64,000 nucleotides of DNA, taken from a virus. A program made the position numbers and the translations under genes. The notes under the pieces were generated by a model. That model was not told the origin of the DNA. It was given only the letters and a program-made list of their open reading frames with translations, and made no database searches. Location of the stretch: positions 96,001 through 160,000 of IMG/VR virus record IMGVR_UViG_3300031992_000005. One strand, given 5' to 3'. This document shows, one piece after another, positions 34,932 through 43,630 of the stretch; the stretch's first letter is position 1, and every line of letters begins with the position of its first letter.

Positions 34932-35944
34932 GAATATTAGCCCTAGATCTTGGATATTCCGCTCTCAAATATACTTACATAGATGAGAACGGAAAAATGG
35001 TCAGTGATAAGATTATTTCTGCTGCAGCTAAACTACCTGAAGCTCCTATCGAAGTGGATAACGATGAACTGTTCAGACTAGGCACAGATTGGTACCTCCT
35101 AGGACCAAGTGCTCTTAGGACAGCTAGAAGTTATCTCCTTCCTTTGGAGACATTTGATGATATGCTGGCAGTTTATCCAGCATGGATTAGCTATCTCCTA
35201 AAGAAGCTTGAACATATTAAGTTTGATAAAGTAACAATCGGCCTATCATTTGCATTTGTAAATGAAGCCGATAGACTTCTTACTCACTTATACGATACCC
35301 TAATGATAGATCCTAGTACGAAATTCTTCGTATGCTTACCACAAGCATTATCTGCTAGACGTGGCTTAGTGAAATACGGAGTTAGTATTAAGGACAATGC
35401 AGCAAATGCAACAAAAGCCTCTGACTTTCAATCTTTTGTAATTATCGATGTAGGTCAGAATACAGTTGATGGTTGTAGTGTGATTAATGGAAAATCTGCT
35501 GCGGGTGCAAACTTAGGTATAGCTGATTCTGGTGTAATTGTTGTAGCTAGAAATATCGCAGATTATATCTATAAGAAATATGAATATAGAATCTCCATTA
35601 AAGAGGCACAGACAGTTGTAGATACAGGTATCTTAACTAGACGTGGCCGAGAAATTGACTTGACGGATATCGTTAAGCAATTGAAGAAGAGATACTTAAT
35701 TGATCTTCTTAACCTAATTGAAGAAAGGTATGGAGAATTCTTAGATGCTGCTGATAATCTTGTTATTATTGGCGGAGGAGCATACTTATTTAATCAAATG
35801 CTAGGGGATAAGGATTTCTGCGCAGAAGTAGAAAAGCATTTCCCAGTTAGCTTTATCATTACGCCAAAGGATAGTAGTGAATATTATAACAGTATATCTT
35901 ATTTATTAATTACGGAGGATCTTGTAAATTCGGGAAAGATTTAA
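34928..35944 (+). CDS. Actin-like ATPase (ParM/Alp family)
   Basis: Phosphate-1 is ILALDLGYSALKY. Phosphate-2 is FVIIDVGQNTVDG. The adenosine motif is LVIIGGGAYLF. The start is at the ATGA overlap (34928). Confidence 0.7.
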   Translation: MRILALDLGYSALKYTYIDENGKMVSDKIISAAAKLPEAPIEVDNDELFRLGTDWYLLGPSALRTARSYLLPLETFDDMLAVYPAWISYLLKKLEHIKFDKVTIGLSFAFVNEADRLLTHLYDTLMIDPSTKFFVCLPQALSARRGLVKYGVSIKDNAANATKASDFQSFVIIDVGQNTVDGCSVINGKSAAGANLGIADSGVIVVARNIADYIYKKYEYRISIKEAQTVVDTGILTRRGREIDLTDIVKQLKKRYLIDLLNLIEERYGEFLDAADNLVIIGGGAYLFNQMLGDKDFCAEVEKHFPVSFIITPKDSSEYYNSISYLLITEDLVNSGKI

Positions 35945-36023
35945 ATTTTAATTAAACACAGGAGAGCATGACATAGTTCTTGTTGATAGAGGACTACCTG
36001 TCATGCTTTTCATTTTCTAATAT

Positions 36024-36527
36024 ATGGAGACAAAGATTATTAAAGGACAAGCATGGATCGTTGGTGATAAGCTTGTTCAGGATCAAACAATGTTTACTAC
36101 AACTGGTGCAGTTAGTTCAAATATTGTTCCCCTGATAAATAATATATGGGATGACTTGTTGAGTGCTAATGGTACATTCAAGTGCAATTCCAAGAAAAAT
36201 TTCTTCTACTGGGAGTATAAAATGACAGATTCAACAGATGATACTCTTGAAGTAGATGTCATAATTGAATGTCCTAGACCTAAACCTGGCATTTTTACTG
36301 AACCTTACGACCCTGAAAATGGTACAAGTGATTGGGCTAAGTATTGGCTAGGAAGATTGAAGACTACTTATGATAATGCAAAGAAAGCTTACACAATTCA
36401 GCCTCAGGAAGTTATTTTTCCAGGCACAGAATATGTAGCTCCAACAGGGGAAATTGTTACAGTTGAAGAAAATACAGTAGTAAGAGATGATTTGGGTGAT
36501 ATTACAAATCTTCTTATATCATTTTAA
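36024..36527 (+). CDS. Hypothetical protein
   Basis: 167-aa ORF between two hairpin terminator-like elements. Confidence 0.7.
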   Translation: METKIIKGQAWIVGDKLVQDQTMFTTTGAVSSNIVPLINNIWDDLLSANGTFKCNSKKNFFYWEYKMTDSTDDTLEVDVIIECPRPKPGIFTEPYDPENGTSDWAKYWLGRLKTTYDNAKKAYTIQPQEVIFPGTEYVAPTGEIVTVEENTVVRDDLGDITNLLISF

Positions 36528-36600
36528 TTAAAAGGCCGGGGATTTAGTAATAACCTTGGCCTAAATTTTTCACAACAGAGCCACTCATTTCTTTATCTAT

Positions 36601-38106
36601 ATGATAAATTCACGGAATTATAAATTTAAGATCAATGTAAGCGCAGAAGCTTATACTAGTAAAATAGAAGCTAGAGCCTGTTTAACGCAAGAAAGTGCCA
36701 AAAAAATTGGAAGATCCAAGATGGCATTTAAAGAACAGTGGTTAACTGTAGATGAATTTCTAGAAAAAGCTACATCAGGTTATTGTTTCTGTAATATCTT
36801 TGAATTTGATCCTAATGTAATGTACAAGATATCAACAAGTCGCTCTAAAGTTTGGAAGATCTATCCAGTTTATAAAACCGGAGTTAACGCGGGTTGTATG
36901 AAATTAGGATTCAAAAGAGATGAGTTCTTTAAGGAAAGTTATGCGGTTTTTGTTGATATAGATTCCACCAGATTTCAGAGAGTTGATGCTTATATTAATA
37001 AGTTAACTTTTAAGCCAACTTGCGTATACATGTCTTATAGTGATGGTCTTGAGAAAAATGAAGTCACTAGTAGAAGATTTCACTTAATATATGTATTTGA
37101 TTCTCCCTTAGGAAAGCAAGATTTTCTTAAAGTATCTGAAATAATAACAAGGCAAATAGAAGAGGATACTGGGGAAATAGTTGAAGATTACTGTGGAACT
37201 AGACTCAGCCAATACATGAATGGTTGTTTTGGAAATCAAGAAGTGTACAAAACATACCTAGTTTATTCAATCTTAGATATCTTAGAGAAAGCAGAAAAAT
37301 TTTCTATTCCAATTATTGTCAAAGAAAAGCCTTCAATTAGTTTTAATGAATGGGTACTTATCGATTTTGATAATTTTGAAGAAGAGGAATTTAAATCAAA
37401 GCCTTGTTGGATAAACTGTTTGAGTACTTATACTTATCTTTGGAGAATAACAAAACCTGAATGGATCAATGGTGCTTATCAATTTGTTGATCCTGGTTAC
37501 TTTAGGCTTTTTTTCTATCCAGAAAAAGTTGAGGATGGAAATAAAAGAAGAAGAAAGCTATATGAAAGAATGTGTCTCAGGCGAATTATGAAGCCAGAGA
37601 TAACATCAGAGGAATTACAGTTTAATACAATAATGGATGTGCTTAAGTTTTTCGATAATAGCGATAGAGTAATAGATTCGGATTTTATTAAAAGAAATAT
37701 TACAAATTGTTTTAGTTATTCTGTTGAAGAGTTAATAGAACAATATTCTACAGAAATAGAATATCTTAGAAAAATATTCTATCCTAGGAGAGGAATTATT
37801 TATAGAACAAGATCTCATCATACCAGAGATATTACTTGGTGTATCCTAGATGAAATGTTTAATGATAATTTATCAGTTAGGGAAAATTTTGAAAATATTA
37901 ATAATGATGGATTTCCTATTAGTTTGAGATCTTTATATGATTACATAAATGATAGGGGTATTGTTATTAAAGGAAAAATAAGAGATGATGAATTACAAAA
38001 CCTAATTAATCCTAATTTATCGGGAAGAGAAAATTATAAGCTTTTAAGGGAGAAAGGATATAAAGTAGATATTCGAAGAATTAATGAATTACTAAAACGT
38101 AAATAA
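36601..38106 (+). CDS. Putative AEP-superfamily primase / replication initiator
   Basis: AVFVDIDSTRF is DxD-like and TSRRFHLIYVFDSPL is sxH-like, arranged as in archaeo-eukaryotic primase/prim-pol catalytic modules. The gene lies immediately upstream of the iteron array. The assignment is tentative. Confidence 0.4.
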   Translation: MINSRNYKFKINVSAEAYTSKIEARACLTQESAKKIGRSKMAFKEQWLTVDEFLEKATSGYCFCNIFEFDPNVMYKISTSRSKVWKIYPVYKTGVNAGCMKLGFKRDEFFKESYAVFVDIDSTRFQRVDAYINKLTFKPTCVYMSYSDGLEKNEVTSRRFHLIYVFDSPLGKQDFLKVSEIITRQIEEDTGEIVEDYCGTRLSQYMNGCFGNQEVYKTYLVYSILDILEKAEKFSIPIIVKEKPSISFNEWVLIDFDNFEEEEFKSKPCWINCLSTYTYLWRITKPEWINGAYQFVDPGYFRLFFYPEKVEDGNKRRRKLYERMCLRRIMKPEITSEELQFNTIMDVLKFFDNSDRVIDSDFIKRNITNCFSYSVEELIEQYSTEIEYLRKIFYPRRGIIYRTRSHHTRDITWCILDEMFNDNLSVRENFENINNDGFPISLRSLYDYINDRGIVIKGKIRDDELQNLINPNLSGRENYKLLREKGYKVDIRRINELLKRK

Positions 38107-38110
38107 TACA

Positions 38111-38213
38111 ATGCAACAAATGTTACATTGGAATGCAACAAATGTTACATCAGAGTTTAATTAAAAAAGAACTATGCAACAAATGTTACATTAGGATGCA
38201 ACAAATGTTACAT
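38111..38213 (+). repeat. Four direct copies of the 18-mer ATGCAACAAATGTTACAT, arranged as two pairs
   Basis: Copies lie at 38111-38128, 38133-38150, 38174-38191 and 38196-38213. Spacing within pairs is 22 nt and between pairs 63 nt. Confidence 0.95.
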
Positions 38214-38223
38214 TAATGGTTTA

Positions 38224-38356
38224 ATGTTACAAATTCAAAAATATGTTACAAATTCAAAAATATGTTACAAATTCAAAAATATGTTACAAATTCAAAAATA
38301 TGTTACAAATTCAAAAATATGTTACAAATTCAAAAATATGAAATTTTGTAACAAAT
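38224..38356 (+). repeat. Six perfect tandem copies of the 19-mer ATGTTACAAATTCAAAAAT plus an inverted core copy
   Basis: Copies start at 38224, 38243, 38262, 38281, 38300 and 38319. The core TGTTACA is shared with the 18-mer repeats. TTGTAACAAAT at 38346-38356 carries the inverted core. Confidence 0.95.
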
Positions 38357-38381
38357 AAAAAAATCGCTAAATAAAAGATAG

Positions 38382-38527
38382 TATAATATATATTATTAAA
38401 TATAAATATAATAAATAATATAATATATATAATTATTATTAAATATAAATATAATAATTAATATAATATAAATAATATAAATATAATAAATATAAATATA
38501 TATAATATAATATAATATATATATATA
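38382..38527. other. 146-nt tract of pure A/T; candidate DNA-unwinding element
   Basis: There is no G or C between 38382 and 38527. The tract is built from ATAATA/TATAAA-type short repeats and lies directly after the iteron-like arrays. Confidence 0.6.
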
Positions 38528-38638
38528 CAACACCAACCAACCTTTAATCTTAAATTGCAAAAACGCATCACCTTTATAAAACACTGAAATAGAAGGACTT
38601 AAAGCCTTACTTATGTTTATAAATTTAAAATAAGGGTT

Positions 38639-39487
38639 ATGATATTTACAGTATTAGAACAGATGTACAAATGTGGATGTGAAAAGGGCGTAGCAGACCT
38701 AATATCTGAAGGAATACTAGACAAGATCAATGATTTAGCTGAATGGGATTTATGTAGATTCCCTTCTAAAGAAATTGAAAGACGTCAGATTACATTTCCA
38801 ATCTATCTTGATGAGACTGGAACAGTATCTGCCGAATCTAAAGTAGAAACAAAACCCATCTATGAAGAGAATAGGAAGTTCTTAGGAGAGACACCAAAAC
38901 TTGCTCCCGGGAATTGTATCTTAGTAGATGGGCAGGTTATTGCAATAGATAGGCCGGATAGATTAGTCCTAGTTGTGTCCAAGACTGGTGGAAGAGCATT
39001 GACTAGAATTTACGATGAGATCATAACTCCTGAGTATGAGTTGTACCATAGTAAGAATACATCTCTTAAGTTTACTTGGGATTCACCTGGAGTAGAAATA
39101 CCAAAGGAATTTGATGGGGAATATAGAGTTCCTTATTCTAAGTATAAATATTGGAAGGAGTTTTTTGTTAGGGGAAGAGATCTCACTCCAGACCCTAATG
39201 GAAACTTGGCAATCTTAGTTAATATAGATTATATATTTCCGGTAGAACTATACTTTACTCCTTGGACGGTTAAGTTTAAGAAAACTGATTTCGAAGAAGG
39301 GGAAGAGTCTTTGGTTGAATATCTTGTAGATTCTGTTCTTCGGGATTTTTGTGTAGGATATACAAGACTTGTGAACCCATTAGGAGAATTTCCAACTCCA
39401 GCTGAACAAGTACAGAGATTATTGGAGTTTGACAAGCAGGTTCAGATTAATCAATTCAAGCTAATGAATGGAGCAAAAAATTTATAA
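38639..39487 (+). CDS. Hypothetical protein
   Basis: 282-aa ORF. No motif recognised. Confidence 0.7.
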   Translation: MIFTVLEQMYKCGCEKGVADLISEGILDKINDLAEWDLCRFPSKEIERRQITFPIYLDETGTVSAESKVETKPIYEENRKFLGETPKLAPGNCILVDGQVIAIDRPDRLVLVVSKTGGRALTRIYDEIITPEYELYHSKNTSLKFTWDSPGVEIPKEFDGEYRVPYSKYKYWKEFFVRGRDLTPDPNGNLAILVNIDYIFPVELYFTPWTVKFKKTDFEEGEESLVEYLVDSVLRDFCVGYTRLVNPLGEFPTPAEQVQRLLEFDKQVQINQFKLMNGAKNL

Positions 39488-39496
39488 AAATAAAAA

Positions 39497-39513
39497 GTAG
39501 GCCAAGTGCCTAC
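39497..39513. terminator. Bidirectional intrinsic terminator between convergent genes
   Basis: The GTAGGC-caagt-GCCTAC hairpin is flanked by A5 upstream and T8 downstream. Confidence 0.7.
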
Positions 39514-39519
39514 CTTTTT

Positions 39520-40221
39520 TTAACTTAGTTTGTCTGTGATATTATCAATGAGCCCGAATTTTCCATATCGACCTGGAAGACATTCTTCTGCCTTAAGATA
39601 ATGATCTCGACTTGCATCATTCTTAACTTCTACTAGATCTTTTCCAGAAGCATCGGCTAAGATTTGCATAAGTTCTTCGTTGAGGGTTTTTGTCTCTCTT
39701 GTCATGATTTCTAGGTCGGGATATGTAATTCTATCGCTACCAGTGGAAACTGAGTGAATCATAATCCTACTGTGTTCTAGGGCAGATCTATTTCCTATAG
39801 TTCCGCCGACCATTAGGATACTTCCCATACTAGCAGCTAGACCTAAACAAGTAGTACTCAAAGTACAATCTTGTTTTACAAGTTGCATTGTATCATACAG
39901 GGCTAAGCCATGATAAACGGAACCTCCTCCAGTACTAAGATACATCCTAATACCTTCGTTTTTATCTATGGCGTGAAGATATAATAATTGACTGAGGGCT
40001 ATATTTGCCGAGTCTGAGGTTACTTCATCGCCGAAGAAAATAATTCTGTTACTCATGAGCTCTGAGAATACATCAACTTGTACCATTCTCTCTTGGCTCT
40101 CTTTTGTAATGTAAGGGGTAATAATACCATTCTGAAACTTAGCATAATCATCAACTACGCTTGTGCTAACTGTTTTCTTACTCTTACAAAACTTTCTGAA
40201 ATCTTTGAATAAATTAAACAT
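39520..40221 (-). CDS. clpP: ATP-dependent Clp protease proteolytic subunit (ClpP)
   Basis: RIIFFGDEVTSDSANIALSQLLYL, YLSTGGGSVYHGLALYDTMQ, GLAASMGSILMVGG (catalytic Ser) and SRIMIHSV (catalytic His) are present. Confidence 0.85.
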   Translation of the reverse strand: MFNLFKDFRKFCKSKKTVSTSVVDDYAKFQNGIITPYITKESQERMVQVDVFSELMSNRIIFFGDEVTSDSANIALSQLLYLHAIDKNEGIRMYLSTGGGSVYHGLALYDTMQLVKQDCTLSTTCLGLAASMGSILMVGGTIGNRSALEHSRIMIHSVSTGSDRITYPDLEIMTRETKTLNEELMQILADASGKDLVEVKNDASRDHYLKAEECLPGRYGKFGLIDNITDKLS

Positions 40222-40309
40222 AAGTTAATAGTTTTTGGAACAATACATTTGTAAGGATTTGAAGCGTAGTTTTTGCTGATCTCTGCCCATAGAAACCTTA
40301 TCTTTGATT

Positions 40310-41029
40310 ATGAAAACTTTATATATTTGTGGTGACATTCATGGAGAATTAGTACCATTAGTGAATGATGCCGCCAAGGAGATAAAAGATGCCTCAATTC
40401 TTATCGTTGGAGATTTTGGGGCTGGTTTTGGCGGAACAATAGAGAGTTATAAGAAAATAGAAAAGAACTTGGAAGAACGGAATATTGAACTCTATGCTAT
40501 TAGAGGAAATCACGATGACCCTTCTTGGTTTATTGATGGAAGTCATGATCTTCCAAGGTTAAAGTTTTTGAAAGACCACACGTTGATTGACATATGTGGT
40601 TATTCAATTTATCCGGTGGGTGGGGCTACTTCGGTTGACATTGACTTGCCAGATTTCTCTGGAAAAACAAGAAGACAGAGAAACAATGACCTAATAAGAT
40701 ATAGATCTCATAAGAGAGTCTGGTGGCCGGGGGAAGTTATTGACACAAGTGTAGAAACTTTTCCTATTAAGGTGGATATTATTGTTTCTCATGATGCCCC
40801 TCTTGGTTTTGAACCTATTCCAACTAGGACAGAATATATGTCTTTAGAAACATGGAATAGTGTACTGGAGGGAAGAAAGTATCTAGACAAAGTCTTGAAG
40901 GAGATTAATTGTAAGAGATGGTTTTATGGACATCATCATAAATCTTATTCAGGACATGTTGGAGATTTGTTATACAGATGTTTAGGAATACAAGAATTAT
41001 ATCAAGTACCAGAAAAGGAAAAAGAATGA
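40310..41029 (+). CDS. Calcineurin-like metallophosphoesterase
   Basis: YICGDIHGE, IVGDFG, IRGNHD, VSHDAP and YGHHH are present. The start is set at the first ATG (40310). Confidence 0.8.
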   Translation: MKTLYICGDIHGELVPLVNDAAKEIKDASILIVGDFGAGFGGTIESYKKIEKNLEERNIELYAIRGNHDDPSWFIDGSHDLPRLKFLKDHTLIDICGYSIYPVGGATSVDIDLPDFSGKTRRQRNNDLIRYRSHKRVWWPGEVIDTSVETFPIKVDIIVSHDAPLGFEPIPTRTEYMSLETWNSVLEGRKYLDKVLKEINCKRWFYGHHHKSYSGHVGDLLYRCLGIQELYQVPEKEKE

Positions 41030-41835
41030 AAAGGAAAGTTTTATACCTAGTTATCGGTCTTATACTAGGATTAATTGCAGGTAATCAAGTAATTGGTTGT
41101 TCTGGAGAAGAAAACAGTGATCTTCCTTCTTTCAGAGAATGGAAATATGCTATTGAAGTTCCAGACTCGAAGACAGATAAAATGGTAATTAGCCATACTG
41201 GATTTACTGTCTCTTATAATCCCGATACCAATTGTCCCTCTTGGGTAGCTTGGAACTTAACAAAGGAAGAAGTAGAGCTTAAAAATGTACCGAGGAGTGA
41301 TGAGTTTTTACCAGACCCAGATCTTCTCCCAGAATACAGAGTAGTCACTTCAGATTATACTGGGAGTGGATATGATCGAGGTCATATGTGTCCTGCAGCA
41401 GATATGAGATGGAGTAAGGACGCAATGAGGGACTGCTTTTATATGTCAAATATCTGTCCACAAATTCCTGTCTTGAATAGACAATGGTGGGAACATGCTG
41501 AAGAAGCTTGTAGAAGATGGGCAGTATCTGAAGGCAGTGTTTATATTTGTTGTGGTCCTATTTATGATCCAGACCTAGTTCCAGTTTATATAAGAAAGAG
41601 TCACTCCATTAGAGTACCAGATGGATTCTTTAAAGTTGTCTTATCTTTAAGACCTGGACATGAAAAAGCAATAGGATTTATTTATAGTAATACCGATTCG
41701 CGTCAGCCTATGGAAGATGTAGCCATGACGGTTGATAATGTAGAGGAAGCTGTTGGCATAGACTTCTTCTATTATCTACCTGATAGCTTAGAATCTAGAT
41801 TAGAAGCTGAGTATAACCTTAATTCCTGGAACTGA
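41026..41835 (+). CDS. Secreted lipoprotein, DNA/RNA non-specific endonuclease (NucA/EndoG family)
   Basis: A signal peptide plus lipobox reads MKRKVLYLVIGLILGLIAGNQVIGC. The active-site block is GSGYDRGHMCPAADM, followed by NICPQ. The start is at an ATGA overlap. Confidence 0.8.
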   Translation: MKRKVLYLVIGLILGLIAGNQVIGCSGEENSDLPSFREWKYAIEVPDSKTDKMVISHTGFTVSYNPDTNCPSWVAWNLTKEEVELKNVPRSDEFLPDPDLLPEYRVVTSDYTGSGYDRGHMCPAADMRWSKDAMRDCFYMSNICPQIPVLNRQWWEHAEEACRRWAVSEGSVYICCGPIYDPDLVPVYIRKSHSIRVPDGFFKVVLSLRPGHEKAIGFIYSNTDSRQPMEDVAMTVDNVEEAVGIDFFYYLPDSLESRLEAEYNLNSWN

Positions 41836-42044
41836 TGGAGAGGTATTACAAGCATTATAAGGGGAATATCTATAAGTTTATTCTTGAATGTATAAATTCG
41901 GAGACCTTAGAGCCTATGATTGTCTATCAAGCAACATATGGAGATCATCAGGTCTGGGTCCGGCCAAAAAGGATGTTTGATGAGATGGTTACTCTTCCTA
42001 ATGGTGAGACAGTCAAGAGATTTACTGAAATTCCCCCAGATTAA
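41835..42044 (+). CDS. DUF1653-like small protein
   Basis: YKHYKGNIYKFILECINSETLEPMIVYQATYGDHQVWVRPKRMF matches the Y.HYKG..Y......hsET.e..VvY.....WvRP..mF pattern as I recall it. Confidence 0.55.
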   Translation: MERYYKHYKGNIYKFILECINSETLEPMIVYQATYGDHQVWVRPKRMFDEMVTLPNGETVKRFTEIPPD

Positions 42045-42074
42045 TTTATTTATTTTTAAAACCCTTAAGTTATT

Positions 42075-42239
42075 ATGAGCATGGAATCTATGGCCAAGAA
42101 AATACTTGGTAATGAAGGAGCTATCAAAGATCTCATTAAGAAGATGGAAAAGTTAGGTAAAAAAATAAGTCTCATGGCTAGTGAGATAACTCATCTAAAG
42201 AGAGAGAACAAAGACTTAAGGCGAAGACTATCGGATTAG
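42075..42239 (+). CDS. Small coiled-coil protein (54 aa)
   Basis: MSMESMAKKILGNEGAIKDLIKKMEKLGKKISLMASEITHLKRENKDLRRRLSD. It falls below the ORF-track threshold and is followed by a GGGCTG..CAGCCC hairpin. Confidence 0.45.
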   Translation: MSMESMAKKILGNEGAIKDLIKKMEKLGKKISLMASEITHLKRENKDLRRRLSD

Positions 42240-42293
42240 AAAAATACGGGCTGGGGATGTCATGCTGGATACCTTCAGCCCCTTATTCATGTT

Positions 42294-42983
42294 ATGAAGC
42301 AGAATAAATCTATTTTACTGATTAAGAGTAATCGTTCTTTTCCTGGTTTCTTATCAACGGAAGAAGTGATTATATATAATCTTGTGTTTTCTGAACCGTC
42401 GTTAAGTATATATAACCTACAAAATATACACTTAATAGGGGACGGTGACCGTATATTAAGAGATACAATAAATAAATTAATTGGAGGTAGGGGATGGGTA
42501 CCGGTATATTCTGAATCTTCATTGAAGAATTTTGATGAAGAGAAATTTGTATCATTTCTTGAAAAATATCGTCCCGAATTTACAACAAAGTTGGGACGGA
42601 TTAAGACGAAGCTGGAGATTAGTTTCGCAACGAGATCTAAAGTTAAACTAGTCAGAGTAGAAAGATTGCTTAACATAATTAAGATTCCAGGGAGAGTAGC
42701 AGTTCATACTATAAATAAGAAGTTATATAGGAGCTTAAAGGCCACAGGGCCAGAAGTAGATCCTAATAGCTATTTATTAAGTTTCCCTGATGATGAAAGT
42801 TTAGCAAAATTTTCTAAGAGATTTGTGGATTACTGTTGGAAAGAAGTATTACCAGATTTATCTTGGTACTTAGGTTACATCAGAAACAAGGATAGTTGTT
42901 TTGGTTTACCACATGATCCTTATGTTCGATTGGAATTGCTTGGAGCAGTAATTACAGCTTGGTATGAAAAGAATCCCCTTTAA
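42294..42983 (+). CDS. Hypothetical protein
   Basis: 229-aa ORF on the locally dominant strand. I prefer it over the antisense ORF 42287-42676. Confidence 0.65.
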   Translation: MKQNKSILLIKSNRSFPGFLSTEEVIIYNLVFSEPSLSIYNLQNIHLIGDGDRILRDTINKLIGGRGWVPVYSESSLKNFDEEKFVSFLEKYRPEFTTKLGRIKTKLEISFATRSKVKLVRVERLLNIIKIPGRVAVHTINKKLYRSLKATGPEVDPNSYLLSFPDDESLAKFSKRFVDYCWKEVLPDLSWYLGYIRNKDSCFGLPHDPYVRLELLGAVITAWYEKNPL

Positions 42984-42997
42984 AACCTTATAGATAT
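42973..42997 (+). promoter_or_regulatory. Promoter-like motif, class A
   Basis: ATCCCCTTTAAAACCTTATAGATAT overlaps stop 42981-42983. It heads the 646-nt non-coding region. Confidence 0.35.
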
Positions 42998-43630
42998 AAG
43001 GGTGAAGTGTAGAGTTAATTAAAATTTATATTAATCTCTAATTATGTAATATTGTTTGAAGAAAAAAAACACTTCACCTTAACTACTATCAAATCCTAGG
43101 AGCCTTTCCGTGGCATAGTAGATCAGTACTACTAAAGTTAGGAAGCTAATGCCTAGGCGATGGCATTATTAGAAATAATTTTGCCGGAGTATGGTGACAT
43201 TCGAGATTTATTATTAAATGTCAATTTGCCTAAACACAATAACAACTTATAGACATATGAAAACAACAATGAATATTAAAATGAGTTATAAACAGAACAG
43301 TAACAACGATTATGTTGATTATTATTCATAGTAATCAACTGATCCAAATACTTCTATCTTTATATTATGATTATTAATTGTGGAGACTATTAAAAAGAAT
43401 TTTGAAAGATAAAAAGGTTTGGATAGTTGGGGCAATTACTTTAAAGCGGGAAAACCAATTACTATGAATAATTCTACAGAAATTACAAATAATGTTCACG
43501 AGTCTTCTGGGCTTATTTGATTGAAATTTCTGTAGAAATGACGAGGAAACATTACGTTTCCCTTTATTTTTGCTCTTCCCAGCCAGGAAATTCCTTACGG
43601 ATGAATGATAAAATGTAAATTAAAGGTATT

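Noticed and set aside
38224-38337. CRISPR array
   Set aside because: The 19-bp units are perfectly tandem with no spacers, and no cas genes are present. They are iteron-type direct repeats.
38396-38584. Minus-strand ORF encoding a poly-I/Y peptide
   Set aside because: It is a translation artefact of the pure A/T low-complexity tract.
42287-42676. 129-aa minus-strand ORF
   Set aside because: It is fully antisense to the longer plus-strand ORF 42294-42983, which fits local operon polarity and follows a promoter-like motif.
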